DNA from: Candidatus Multivoradales bacterium
Lineage (GTDB): Bacteria > Acidobacteriota > Thermoanaerobaculia > Multivoradales > Multivoraceae
Direction of reading: 5' to 3'
Assembly (NCBI GenBank): GCA_965223325.1
Contig: CBDCWI010000001.1
Span: 1,856,001 to 1,920,000 of the forward strand
DNA length: 64,000 nt
Shown: in pieces, positions 40,035-49,287 of the stretch
Numbering within the stretch: the first letter of the stretch is position 1
Layout: each line of letters starts with the position of its first letter
The notes under the pieces: model-generated
Told to the model about the DNA's origin: nothing
What the model saw: only the letters and a program-made list of their open reading frames with translations
The model's database searches: none
Made by a program: the position numbers and the translations under genes

Positions 40035-40415
40035 CTACGGAGCGGCGAAGTGAAACGCGTTGAGCTTGTTGCCGTCGAGGTCCCGGAAGTAGCCGGCGTA
40101 GAAACCGCCGTCACCGCGTGGCCCAGGGGCACCTTCGTCTTTCCCTCCCAGCTCGAGGGCTTTGGCATGGAGGGCGTTGACCTTCTCGACTGAGTCGACC
40201 ATAAGGGCGACCATCACGCCATTGCCAACGGTCGCCGCCTGACCGTCAAACGGACGGGTGACCGACATCCCCGTCGAGCCGGGAGCGGTGGTCCAGGCAA
40301 CGAAGGTGTCCTCTTCTTCCATCATCCGGCCGGCACCAATGACGGCAAACAACTCGTCATAGAAGGCGACCGCGCGCTCGAGATCGTTGGTACCGAGAGT
40401 TACGTATCCGACCAT
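40035..40415 (-). CDS. VOC / glyoxalase family protein
   Basis: MVGYVTLGTNDLERAVAFYD, GNGVMVAL, GGKDEGAPGPR, YFRDLDGNKL. Confidence 0.93.
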   Translation of the reverse strand: MVGYVTLGTNDLERAVAFYDELFAVIGAGRMMEEEDTFVAWTTAPGSTGMSVTRPFDGQAATVGNGVMVALMVDSVEKVNALHAKALELGGKDEGAPGPRGDGGFYAGYFRDLDGNKLNAFHFAAP

Positions 40416-40677
40416 TCTTGAAAGCTCCTTGGATTGTTCGTATTCCGCCGCCGGCTCGAGCGTCGCTGATACCCTTTTCGGTAACGCTCCCACGACATTC
40501 GTGATTCCCTGTAGTCAAGCGAGAGGCCCCGCGCCTCTTGTTTGCCTACGAACGTTTCGCCTCCAGCCTAGCGCGCCCGAGGCACGCCCGCCCTGGAGCA
40601 AGGCCCGGGTGTCGTTTCGAGCGCGAGCACCTCTGGCGCACCACCCGGCGCCCTCACCTAGCAGCACGGAGCCACCC

Positions 40678-41826
40678 ATGAAAATCACCCGCCGCCCTGG
40701 CCTCTTGGCTCTTCTGGCGATCCTGGCCACACTGCCCCTCGTGGCCGGCTGTCAAAACGAAACCGGCGCAAGTCCTGACCGCGATGACGCCGCCCGCCCA
40801 GCGGTCACCAAACCCGAGAGCCCACACACGACCGCAACCCATCGCTTCACCGAAGTCGCACCCGACGTGTGGTTCGCCGTCGGTACGGGTTCGATCTTCG
40901 TCCAGAGCAACGCACTGGTGATCGTCAACGAGAACGATGTGGTGGTGGTCGACTCCCACGTCACGCCGGCTGCCGCGCGGGCGCTTCTGGACTCGATCGA
41001 GACGATCACCGAAAAGCCGGTGCGCTACCTCATCAACAGCCACTACCACTTCGATCATGCGCACGGAAACCAGGCGTTCCCAGAGGGCGTGGCGATCGTC
41101 GGTCACCGCTACACCCGCCAGAAGCTTCTCGGCGCGGTTCTCGACGAGCCGACATACAAGACCTTCACCGGTGGCATTCCGGGCGCCGTTGAGGCCATGA
41201 AAGCGCAGCTCGACGGCCTCGAAGGGTCGGAGCGCTCAGAGCTCGAAGACATGATTCGGGTCCAGGAAGCGCATCTCGAGGCGCTCTCTGAAACCCGTCC
41301 GACCCCACCCGACGTCACCATCAGCGAGCACCTCACCATCCACCGCGGTCATCGCAACATCGAGCTGCACTTCCTCGGTCGCGGTCATACGGGCGGCGAC
41401 ATCGTGGTCTATCTGCCGCAAGACGAGATGGTGTTCACCGGCGACCTGCTCCTGCCGTTCCCGTCGTACATGGGCACCGGCTGGGTCAACGAGTGGCCGG
41501 AGACCCTCGATCGGGTGCTGGCACTCGACGCCGAGACCTTCCTACCCGGACATGGTGAGCCTTTTAGCGATCGCGCCCCGGTTGAAGCGTTTCAGGCCCT
41601 CTTGCGAGAGCTCTGGTCGCAAGCCGAGAACCTGCACGGCCAGGGACTGAGCGCTAAAGAGGCGGCGGAGCAGATCGACCTCGAAGAGCAGTTCTCGGCC
41701 TGGAAGGTCAACCCCCTTGGCAGCCTTCCGCCCGAGCAGGTCCTCCAGATCATGACTGTCCAGGTCGCGCGCATCTACGAGCTGCTCGAGAACGACGGCG
41801 AAGACCCCCACGACCCGGTGGGTTGA
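40678..41826 (+). CDS. Lipoprotein MBL-fold metallo-hydrolase
   Basis: Lipobox VAGC; SHYHFDHAHGN, GHTGGD, FTGDL, PGHG. Confidence 0.9.
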   Translation: MKITRRPGLLALLAILATLPLVAGCQNETGASPDRDDAARPAVTKPESPHTTATHRFTEVAPDVWFAVGTGSIFVQSNALVIVNENDVVVVDSHVTPAAARALLDSIETITEKPVRYLINSHYHFDHAHGNQAFPEGVAIVGHRYTRQKLLGAVLDEPTYKTFTGGIPGAVEAMKAQLDGLEGSERSELEDMIRVQEAHLEALSETRPTPPDVTISEHLTIHRGHRNIELHFLGRGHTGGDIVVYLPQDEMVFTGDLLLPFPSYMGTGWVNEWPETLDRVLALDAETFLPGHGEPFSDRAPVEAFQALLRELWSQAENLHGQGLSAKEAAEQIDLEEQFSAWKVNPLGSLPPEQVLQIMTVQVARIYELLENDGEDPHDPVG

Positions 41827-41912
41827 CGCCGTCTGGCGCCGTGCGCCTGGATTCGAATCAACGCCCGGGCTGACCACGCCGAGAACCGGGCTGAGACGCC
41901 CGGTTCGCGACT

Positions 41913-41940
41913 TGAAACAAACGCCTCACGACGTCGTCTT
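41913..41940 (+). promoter_or_regulatory. ECF-sigma-type promoter
   Basis: TGAAAC-N16-CGTCTT about 85 nt upstream of the 42025 gene; SigW-like -35/-10 pattern. Confidence 0.6.
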
Positions 41941-42024
41941 AAGAGTCAGAGGCCGCAATCGCGGAGCGGCCCCCGAATTGCCAGAGGTGCTTCTAACCTC
42001 GCCGATGAAACCAGGAGAACGGAA

Positions 42025-42882
42025 ATGACCCCAACTCGCAGCTACCAACAGCCTCCACACGGCGTCGTGTCCGCGCCGAATGCCCTCTTTCTGCCGCTCG
42101 CCCTCCTCCTGGCCGGCCTGATCGCGCTTCCCGCTCTCGTCCTTGCCCAGCAGGCCGAGGCCGACCCGGCGCTCGAGGCACAGGCAGCTGCGGACTGGAA
42201 AGCAGCCGACGAAGCCTTCCGCACCAAGCTCGCCGACGCCGCCGAGCGCGAAGACTGGGATGAATATGGGCGCCTATGGGAAGAGTGGGGCGAACGCTTC
42301 GGGCGTGAGATGGAGCGCCGGATGGAGCGGCTCGACTTCAATCACGAGCGCTTCGACGAACTTCACGGCGAAGAGTTCGAGCGCAAGATGGAAGCCTGGG
42401 CGCGCGACTTCGAAGACCGTATGGAGAACACCGACTGGGAAGAAATCGGTGAGCATCTGGGCGAGCTCGGAGAAGACTTCGGGAAACACATGGAAGCCTG
42501 GGGCGAAGACTTCGGCAAGAACATGGAGGCCTGGGGCGAAGGGTTCGGCGAGCGCATGGGTGCGTGGGGTGAGCACTTCGGAGAGCACTTCGGGGAACAC
42601 TTCGGAGAGAACTTCGCGCGCCACATGGCCGACGCCTTCGACGAGATCGACACCGACGGCGACGGCGAAATCGACGTCGACCTCGATGTGGTCGACTTCG
42701 AGCAGCTCGGCCATGCGATCGAAAGCGCCATCGAGGCTGTCGACTGGGATGAGATCGGCCACCTACTCGGCGACGCATTCGACGGGCTCGACGCCGCCAT
42801 CGAGGCCGCCGCCGATGCCGCCAGTGAAGCCGCCGCAGCAGCTGCGGAGAGTGTCGACCACGACGGCCGCCTCAAGGAGTAG
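42025..42882 (+). CDS. Secreted acidic helical-repeat protein with 11-residue repeats and an EF-hand-like loop
   Basis: AGGAG RBS; signal peptide; MEAWGEDFGKN-type repeats; AFDEIDTDGDGEID. Confidence 0.8.
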   Translation: MTPTRSYQQPPHGVVSAPNALFLPLALLLAGLIALPALVLAQQAEADPALEAQAAADWKAADEAFRTKLADAAEREDWDEYGRLWEEWGERFGREMERRMERLDFNHERFDELHGEEFERKMEAWARDFEDRMENTDWEEIGEHLGELGEDFGKHMEAWGEDFGKNMEAWGEGFGERMGAWGEHFGEHFGEHFGENFARHMADAFDEIDTDGDGEIDVDLDVVDFEQLGHAIESAIEAVDWDEIGHLLGDAFDGLDAAIEAAADAASEAAAAAAESVDHDGRLKE

Positions 42883-43103
42883 CCGCGACCCGCAAGGGCA
42901 GCCCACATGGGATGCACGGTGCCGGCGGTTGAGTCCGATTGCGCCAGGTCTCGCCCGAATCACCGGCGCTCTACCGACTTCTAGCTGGATGTGGGCAAAC
43001 CGTGCTCTCGACCTCGCCAGCGTGATCTAGACTCGGGGTTCTCACTTCTGCCCGGCCATAGGGCCATAGGGCGATTCGCTGAATTCCCCGTCGGAGGTCT
43101 CTC

Positions 43104-43544
43104 ATGGTTCAGGCGCGAGCGCGCAAGCGGGTCCGTCGTGTCGTTCAATCGGGACGCGTCGCCGTCACCACCAAGGAACACCGTCGGATCGAGGAGTACC
43201 GCGACCTATCACTCGGCGGGCTTTTCATCCAGACTCTGATCCCCGAGAGACCGGGCAGCTCGCTGCGCGTCGACCTCAAGCTCATGGGGCTGACTCTGAG
43301 CGCCCCGGCACGCGTCTTGTGGACCCAGAGGCAGAGCAGCCGCAACCCCAGCGGCATGGGCGTCGCGTTCGAAAGTCTCAATCCGCAACAGAAGAAGCTG
43401 ATCTACAAGCAAATCAGCGCCTGGCTCGAGCAGGGTCACAGCCTGGACCCCGGAACCCCGCCGCCGCGCGGTGATGGTGGTGGGCTGGGACAGAGAACCA
43501 AGACCGCACGACGCTCACTCCTTTCGCGGATCAGAGGCCGCTAG
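43104..43544 (+). CDS. PilZ domain protein
   Basis: RARKR (RxxxR) and DLSLGG (DxSxxG) motifs; ARVLW, GMGVAF. Confidence 0.85.
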   Translation: MVQARARKRVRRVVQSGRVAVTTKEHRRIEEYRDLSLGGLFIQTLIPERPGSSLRVDLKLMGLTLSAPARVLWTQRQSSRNPSGMGVAFESLNPQQKKLIYKQISAWLEQGHSLDPGTPPPRGDGGGLGQRTKTARRSLLSRIRGR

Positions 43545-43771
43545 CAACGCCACGAGCAGTTAGCGAAGTCGGCGACAGCAGGCATCGATTCACTTTTCCA
43601 GATCCGCTCCGAGCGCTGGATTCGCTCTGTTGAATCGAACCGTACCTGGCTCATCCCCCGCCGGCTCCATCTTCGCTGTTCGTCCCGTGACAAACATGGT
43701 CACGAATCACTCGGCACATCGAGACAGCAACCTGCGTCCCGAAGGTGTCCCTCATCCCAACTCGACAGGTT

Positions 43772-43788
43772 GCGGCACTGGCATTGCT
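43772..43788 (+). promoter_or_regulatory. Sigma54-type promoter of the TonB-dependent receptor
   Basis: CGGCAC-TGGCA-TTGCT (GG-N10-GC); upstream palindrome CGTGAC-N7-GTCACG at 43686-43704. Confidence 0.6.
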
Positions 43789-43876
43789 CTCTCTCCTTGC
43801 ACATACCCCTAAGACCTGCGAACGAGCTCGCCCGCTGCGGGTTCGCAAAACGACGGGTCTTGAACAAGGAGACATC

Positions 43877-46861
43877 ATGCGAAACCTATCCACCCACTCC
43901 ATGGCGTGGACGGTGGCACTCGCAGCCCTGCTGCTGAGTGTGGCGTTCACGAGCGCGGGCATCGCCCAGGCGCCGACGGGCAACATCTTTGGCACCGTCA
44001 CCGACACTGACGGCGAGGCGCTTCCGGGCGTCACCGTTTCGCTCTCGGGAATTGGCGCCGACAAAGACGTCATCACCGACGAGCAGGGACAGTTCCGCTT
44101 CTTGGCACTCGATCCGGGCGCCTACACTCTGGCCGCCGAGCTCGACGGTTTTGGTTCGATCGAGTACCCGGGCGTCGATGTGCGCGTCGCGCGCAACACC
44201 ACGGTACCTCTCGTTCTGCAGTCGGCTGTCGAAGAGACCATCACGGTAACTTCCGAGAGCCCGCTTCTCGACGAGCGCAAGCTCCAACAGGGCACCACGA
44301 TCACACAGGTCGAGCTCGAAAAGATTCCCACCGCTCGCGACCCGTGGTCAGTCCTCAATCAGACACCGGGCGTGCTGGTTGACCGCGTGAACGTTGGCGG
44401 TAGCGAATCCGGCCAGCAGTCTTCCTTCGTTGGCGCCGGCGTGTCCGACGACGAGAACGACTTCATGATGGACGGCGTCCAGGTCACCGACATGTCGGCG
44501 ATCGGCGCTTCGCCCGGCTACTACGACTTCGACCAGTTCGCCGAGATGCAGTTCTCGACCGGCGGCACAGACGTCACCAAGAACAGCTCGGGCGTTTCGG
44601 TCAACCTGGTCACCAAGCGGGGCACCAACGAGTTCCGCGGCTCAGCGCGGTTCAACCTCACCGAGGCTGGTGGCTACTTCGGCGGTGCGCTCAAGCAGTC
44701 GCAGCCCGACATCGACCAATTCCTGGACACCGATCAGGACAGCCTCACTGGGGCACAGATCCGCCGCATCGAAGACATCGGCTTCGAAGCCGGTGGTGCG
44801 TTGATCACCGATCGCCTCTGGCTGTGGGGTTCCTGGGGTCAGAACGATATCCAGCAGAACGCTGCCAGCGGCACGGCCGACGACACCATCCTCGAGAACT
44901 CCTCGATCAAGGCCAACGCTCAGTTGGGCGCCTCCAACTCGGCCGTTGCCTCCTGGAACAACGGCAACAAGCAGAAGTTCGGTCGCGGGGCATCAACCAC
45001 CCGTCCCGATGAGACCACTTGGAACCAGCGTGGTCCCACCGCCGTCTACCGCTTCGAAGACACCCACATCGTCAACTCAAACCTGTTCGTGACCGGCACG
45101 TACTCGATCGTCGACGGTGGCTTCCAGCTCGGCGCCAAGGGTGGCGTTGGTCCTACCGGGCCCAACGTCTGGCGCAGCATCGACAACGTCTGGCACGACA
45201 GCTACCTGTCCGGCTTCTCGAGCCGCCCAGGAGACGAGTTCAAGGCCGACGCTTCGTACTTCGTCACCACCGGATCGCTCAACCACGAGCTCAAGGTCGG
45301 CGGTCGTTTCCGCAACTTCCAGAGCCGCTCCGAGTTCTCGTGGCCGGGCAACAACACGTTCACCGAGCACCAGGACGACGGCACCGCCGAGCTGGGCACG
45401 ATGCGCAGCAGTGAGTCGCCCTCCGAGCAGGACTACTTCTCGATCTGGGCGCAGGACACGATGACCACCGGCAACCTGACGGTCAACGTCGGTTTCCGCT
45501 ACGACCTCCAGGAAGGCGAAAACTCGCCGACCAACGTGCGGGCGAACCCCGTCGTTCCCGACCTCATGCCAGCGATCTCGTTCCCTGGCGAAAAGCCTGA
45601 CTTCGAGTGGGAGACCATCCTGCCGCGTCTCGGTGCGACCTATGCACTGGGCGAAGACCGGACGACCCTCCTGCGGGCGAGCTTCGCGCAATTCGCTGAT
45701 CAGCTAGAGACCAGCGACATCACGCACAGCAACCCAACGGGCGACTCTTACATGTACTTCTCGTTCGATCCGGCGACGACGAACTCGGGCGCGTGGACCG
45801 GTGAACCACTCACCTTCCTCGATGCTTCGGGTATCGACCGTCTCAACCCGACGGCCCTGTCGAGCCCGAACATGCACGACCCGGGACTTGACGCTCCGAT
45901 CACCAGCGAACTCCTGCTCGGAATCGAACACGCTGTCGTGCCCGAGTTCGTGATCGGCGCCACGGTCACTGCGCGAAAGGTCGAGGACATCATGGATCAG
46001 CGCTTCTTCGTGCGCGATGCGGCCGGCAACGTTCGCACCGAGCGGGCAAGCGACTACATCCTCGAAGACTCGGCGAACATCCCGGAAGCGTTCCGGGGTG
46101 GCAACGGCAACATCGTCGGGTCACTCCCCGACGGCACGCCGTTCTCGGTGCAGGCCTTCCAGCTTGCTCCGGGCCTCAGCCGCACCGGTGGCTCTCTCTT
46201 GACCAACGGTGACCGCGAACGTGACTACCTCGGTGCTACGTTCAACTTCACCAAGCGTCTGGCCAACCGCTGGATGGCGCGGGGCTACTTCAACTACGGC
46301 CAGACCGAGTGGGACGTTCCGGGCTCGTATCAGGCGAACAGCGATCCGAACCGTGAAGGCTACGTCGTCAATGACACCAGCCGAGGTGTCGGCGCAGATG
46401 TCGACGGCGAGCTCTACCTGGTTCGCTCGAGCGGCTCGGGCAAGGGAGAGCGCTTCCTGCAGTCGAGCTGGAGTGCCAACCTCAACGGCATGTACCAGAT
46501 CGCGCCGTCGCAACCGTGGGGCTTCAACGTGTCGGCCAACCTGACCGCACGCGAGGGCTACCCGGTGCCGTACGTGATTCGTTTCTCGGGTGGCGACGGT
46601 GTCAATCGCCGACACCTGGTGACGCCGGACCTCGACAACTCGCGTCTCGACGACATCGTGACCACTGACATCCGACTGGAGAAGGAATTCGCACTCAACA
46701 GCGCGGTCAACTTCACCTTCGGCATCGACGTGTTCAACCTGTTCAACGAGACCACGGAGATGGCGCGCCAGCGCCAGCTCAACGCGAGCTCGGCGAACAA
46801 CCTCCAGGACAACATCAGCCCGCGCATTTACCGCCTGGGCGTTCGTCTCGGCTGGAAGTAA
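43877..46861 (+). CDS. TonB-dependent receptor (Oar-like, N-terminal carboxypeptidase-regulatory domain)
   Basis: AAGGAG RBS; signal peptide; GNIFGTVTD..GEALPGVTV, plug ARDPW..L...PGV, VTKRGTNEFRG; C-terminal NLFN...PRIYRLGVRLGWK. Confidence 0.95.
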   Translation: MRNLSTHSMAWTVALAALLLSVAFTSAGIAQAPTGNIFGTVTDTDGEALPGVTVSLSGIGADKDVITDEQGQFRFLALDPGAYTLAAELDGFGSIEYPGVDVRVARNTTVPLVLQSAVEETITVTSESPLLDERKLQQGTTITQVELEKIPTARDPWSVLNQTPGVLVDRVNVGGSESGQQSSFVGAGVSDDENDFMMDGVQVTDMSAIGASPGYYDFDQFAEMQFSTGGTDVTKNSSGVSVNLVTKRGTNEFRGSARFNLTEAGGYFGGALKQSQPDIDQFLDTDQDSLTGAQIRRIEDIGFEAGGALITDRLWLWGSWGQNDIQQNAASGTADDTILENSSIKANAQLGASNSAVASWNNGNKQKFGRGASTTRPDETTWNQRGPTAVYRFEDTHIVNSNLFVTGTYSIVDGGFQLGAKGGVGPTGPNVWRSIDNVWHDSYLSGFSSRPGDEFKADASYFVTTGSLNHELKVGGRFRNFQSRSEFSWPGNNTFTEHQDDGTAELGTMRSSESPSEQDYFSIWAQDTMTTGNLTVNVGFRYDLQEGENSPTNVRANPVVPDLMPAISFPGEKPDFEWETILPRLGATYALGEDRTTLLRASFAQFADQLETSDITHSNPTGDSYMYFSFDPATTNSGAWTGEPLTFLDASGIDRLNPTALSSPNMHDPGLDAPITSELLLGIEHAVVPEFVIGATVTARKVEDIMDQRFFVRDAAGNVRTERASDYILEDSANIPEAFRGGNGNIVGSLPDGTPFSVQAFQLAPGLSRTGGSLLTNGDRERDYLGATFNFTKRLANRWMARGYFNYGQTEWDVPGSYQANSDPNREGYVVNDTSRGVGADVDGELYLVRSSGSGKGERFLQSSWSANLNGMYQIAPSQPWGFNVSANLTAREGYPVPYVIRFSGGDGVNRRHLVTPDLDNSRLDDIVTTDIRLEKEFALNSAVNFTFGIDVFNLFNETTEMARQRQLNASSANNLQDNISPRIYRLGVRLGWK

Positions 46862-46933
46862 GAATTGCGCGTGCTTTTAGCACGCGAATTTTTACCCGTC
46901 ACCCCGCCATATGCGCCTGCGGCGCATGGCTCG

Positions 46934-46962
46934 GCCCGAGGGCTTCTGCCCTCGGGCTTTTT
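46934..46962 (+). terminator. Rho-independent terminator after the TonB-dependent receptor
   Basis: GCCCGAGGGC-TTCT-GCCCTCGGGC-TTTTT. Confidence 0.88.
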
Positions 46963-47157
46963 GTTGTTGGGGGGGGTTGTGAGAGTTCCTGGCTGCCTTG
47001 GTGGCTGGAGGGAACTCTGGGAGACGATCCTTGTGCTTCGCCGGCTCACTTGGATCGAGGGATTCTTGTTGTTGGGCTTCATTAGTAATTGCGCGTGCTT
47101 TTAGCACGCGAATTTTTGCCCGTCACCCCGCTATATGCGCCTGCGGCGCATGACTCG

Positions 47158-47186
47158 GCCCGAGGGCTCCTCGCCCTCGGGCTTTT
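47158..47186 (+). terminator. Second copy of the intrinsic terminator
   Basis: GCCCGAGGGC-TCCTC-GCCCTCGGGC-TTTT. Confidence 0.8.
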
Positions 47187-47330
47187 CTTGTTGTTGGGGG
47201 GTCGTGGAAGTTCCTGGCTACCTTGGTGGCTCCTTGTCTCCCGTCTTCTTTCGAGGACGGTGCGCCACCCGCTTGCTGCGATCTGGCTTGTTGGCGCCTG
47301 CAGAGGGGCGATGTGGAGGGCACTTCGGGC

Positions 47331-47347
47331 CTGGCACAGGCGTTGCT
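47331..47347 (+). promoter_or_regulatory. Sigma54-type promoter of the VWA gene
   Basis: CTGGCAC-AGGCG-TTGCT, a near-consensus -24/-12 element about 95 nt before ATG 47443. Confidence 0.72.
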
Positions 47348-47442
47348 CTAAGCGCCCTCAGGTCATCGCGCACGGCGCCCGAACTTCGACCCCGCCCCTC
47401 TCCTCCGAAAACGGCACGAGCTGAAACAGAACGGAGCACCTC

Positions 47443-49179
47443 ATGCAGTCCCCTGACTTCGACAGCACCGACCAATCCGTGGCGGCACGCATTCGCGCCA
47501 CTCAGCGTTCCGATCGACTCACCATTGCGTTTGCAGCGCTGTTGCTCTTCGTGGCTGCAGCTTTGAGTCTCCTGGCGGCTTCGCCCGCCTCGGCTCAAGA
47601 GGGTGATCCCGCGGGTAGCTTCGCCGACACGCTCGATGTTCGGGTGGTCAATGTCGAGGCGGTGGTGACGGATAAGCGCGGCGATCGTGTCACCGGTCTT
47701 TCGCCCGACAGCTTCGAGCTCCTGGTCGACGGCGTTTCCACACCGATCGAGTTCTTCTCGGAGGTGCGTGGCGGTACGGTCCTGGCGGAGAACGGCGCCT
47801 CGCCGTGGGAGATCGCCCCGATCTCGAGCACCCAGGCGCGTGGTACCAGCTACCTGGTCTTCATCGACGACTACTTCTCCATCAAGGTCGATCGCGACAA
47901 CGTGCTGCGCAATCTCGGTGACCAGCTCGCCTTCCTCGGCCCCGAAGACCGTATGGCGATCGTCGCCTGGAATGGGCATGGGCTCGAGATGCTTACGAGC
48001 TGGAGCGCGAGTGAACGCGAACTGCAAAAGGCCATTCGAAGCGCCATGGATCGCCCCAGTCGCGGCCTCGAGCGCATCGCAGAGCGCAACACGGCGCTCT
48101 TCGGCTCGCGTCTCGCCAATCGCGGCTATGGCTATGGCTATGGCTACCGCTACGGCTATCGGCTCGCCCACGACGTGAGCCTCCAGTCACGTGCCTACAT
48201 CTCAGAGCTCAGCGTGCAGGTCGAATCTGCGGTCAACGCCAGTGCGGCGGCTCTGCGGAGCTTCGGGTTCCCGCCCGGGCGCAAGGTCATGATGTTGGTG
48301 TCGGGGGGCTGGCCCTTCACACCGGCCGACTTCGTCGCCGGGAACCGCTTCGCGTCGGTGACCAACTACGCCACCTTCGAGCGCGGTGAAGATCTCTACG
48401 CTCCCCTCGTCGACACCGCGAACCTGCTCGGCTACACGATCTACCCGGTCGACGCTCCGGGCATGCAAGCTCGAGCGACCAGTGATGTCTCGCGAGACTT
48501 CGTACCCGGCACCCGCACCCTCGACTACGAGCGCGAAGACGAGATGCACTACACCTTGCGCCGCCTGGCCTCTGAGACTGGTGGGCTTGCGCTTCTCAAC
48601 GGTCTCCGCAGTCATGCCCTCGAGAAGATCGCCGGTGACACGCGCTCCTTCTACTGGATCGGCTTCACCGCACCAAGGGCCGAGGACGGCGTTGTGCATG
48701 ACATCGAGCTCAACGTCCGAGAGCGCGGGCTCCGGGTTCGCACCCGCGAGAACTTCACCGACCTGACGCGCGACCAGGAGGTCGACACCGCCGTCGAGAG
48801 TGCGCTTTTGTTCGGTCAACCTCTCGGCTCCGAACTGACCCTCAACCTTGGTCGTGCTGTCAAGAGCGGGTTCGGCAAGATGCACGTACCGCTCACGCTC
48901 AGTATTCCTGCTGGCGACCTGACACTCCTGCCAACGGGTGAAGATGAGTACGCTACCGAGCTCGAGATTCGCATTGCCGCACGCGACGACCGCGGCGACA
49001 TGTCAGAGATTCCACTCGCGACGCTCCGTCTGCGCGGTGACGAGATCCCCGAACCGGGCGAGAACATCGAGTACTCCACTTCGCTCAAGATGCGCCGTGC
49101 GGACCATGACGTGATCGTCGCGGTCTACGATCCCAACTCGGGCACCCTTTGGTCCGAGGTCGCGCGGGTTTCCTTCTGA
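47443..49179 (+). CDS. Acidobacterial-type VWA-domain protein
   Basis: Signal peptide; VRVVNVEAVVTDKRG.RVTGL..DSFEL, PGRKVMMLVSGG, IYPVDAPG, LASETGG, FYWIGF. Confidence 0.9.
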   Translation: MQSPDFDSTDQSVAARIRATQRSDRLTIAFAALLLFVAAALSLLAASPASAQEGDPAGSFADTLDVRVVNVEAVVTDKRGDRVTGLSPDSFELLVDGVSTPIEFFSEVRGGTVLAENGASPWEIAPISSTQARGTSYLVFIDDYFSIKVDRDNVLRNLGDQLAFLGPEDRMAIVAWNGHGLEMLTSWSASERELQKAIRSAMDRPSRGLERIAERNTALFGSRLANRGYGYGYGYRYGYRLAHDVSLQSRAYISELSVQVESAVNASAAALRSFGFPPGRKVMMLVSGGWPFTPADFVAGNRFASVTNYATFERGEDLYAPLVDTANLLGYTIYPVDAPGMQARATSDVSRDFVPGTRTLDYEREDEMHYTLRRLASETGGLALLNGLRSHALEKIAGDTRSFYWIGFTAPRAEDGVVHDIELNVRERGLRVRTRENFTDLTRDQEVDTAVESALLFGQPLGSELTLNLGRAVKSGFGKMHVPLTLSIPAGDLTLLPTGEDEYATELEIRIAARDDRGDMSEIPLATLRLRGDEIPEPGENIEYSTSLKMRRADHDVIVAVYDPNSGTLWSEVARVSF

Positions 49180-49205
49180 GTCGACCAGACCGAATCCAAT
49201 ACGAG

Positions 49206-49234
49206 GCGGCCGAGCGGTAACGCTCGGCCGCTTT
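49206..49234 (+). terminator. Hairpin / terminator after the VWA gene
   Basis: GCGGCCGAGCG-GTAA-CGCTCGGCCGC-TTT. Confidence 0.7.
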
Positions 49235-49287
49235 GCCGTCTGCGAGCGGCGCTATGCTGCCTCCTCTCACCCTAAAGAGGAGACGAG

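Larger units (their letters stand above)
46863..47231. repeat. Direct repeat of a ~145-bp triple-hairpin element (46863-47006 and 47087-47231)
   Basis: Both copies start AATTGCGCGTGCTTTTAGCACGCGAATTTTT and end CCTTGGTGGCT; period 224 bp. Confidence 0.92.

Noticed and set aside
41845-41877. GGATTCGAATC...ACCA tRNA-like fragment
   Set aside because: T-stem and acceptor stem do not pair; no D or anticodon arms.
42992-43030. GGGCAAACC resembling the start of a c-di-GMP-I riboswitch before the PilZ gene
   Set aside because: No GNRA-capped P2 and no GACGCAAAGC segment follow.
43644-43670. tRNA/tmRNA 3'-end-like CCCCCGCCGGCTCCA
   Set aside because: No TTCRA T-loop, no cloverleaf, no integrase nearby.
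46863-47231. Possible CRISPR array
   Set aside because: Only two ~145-bp units with terminator structure; no cas genes.
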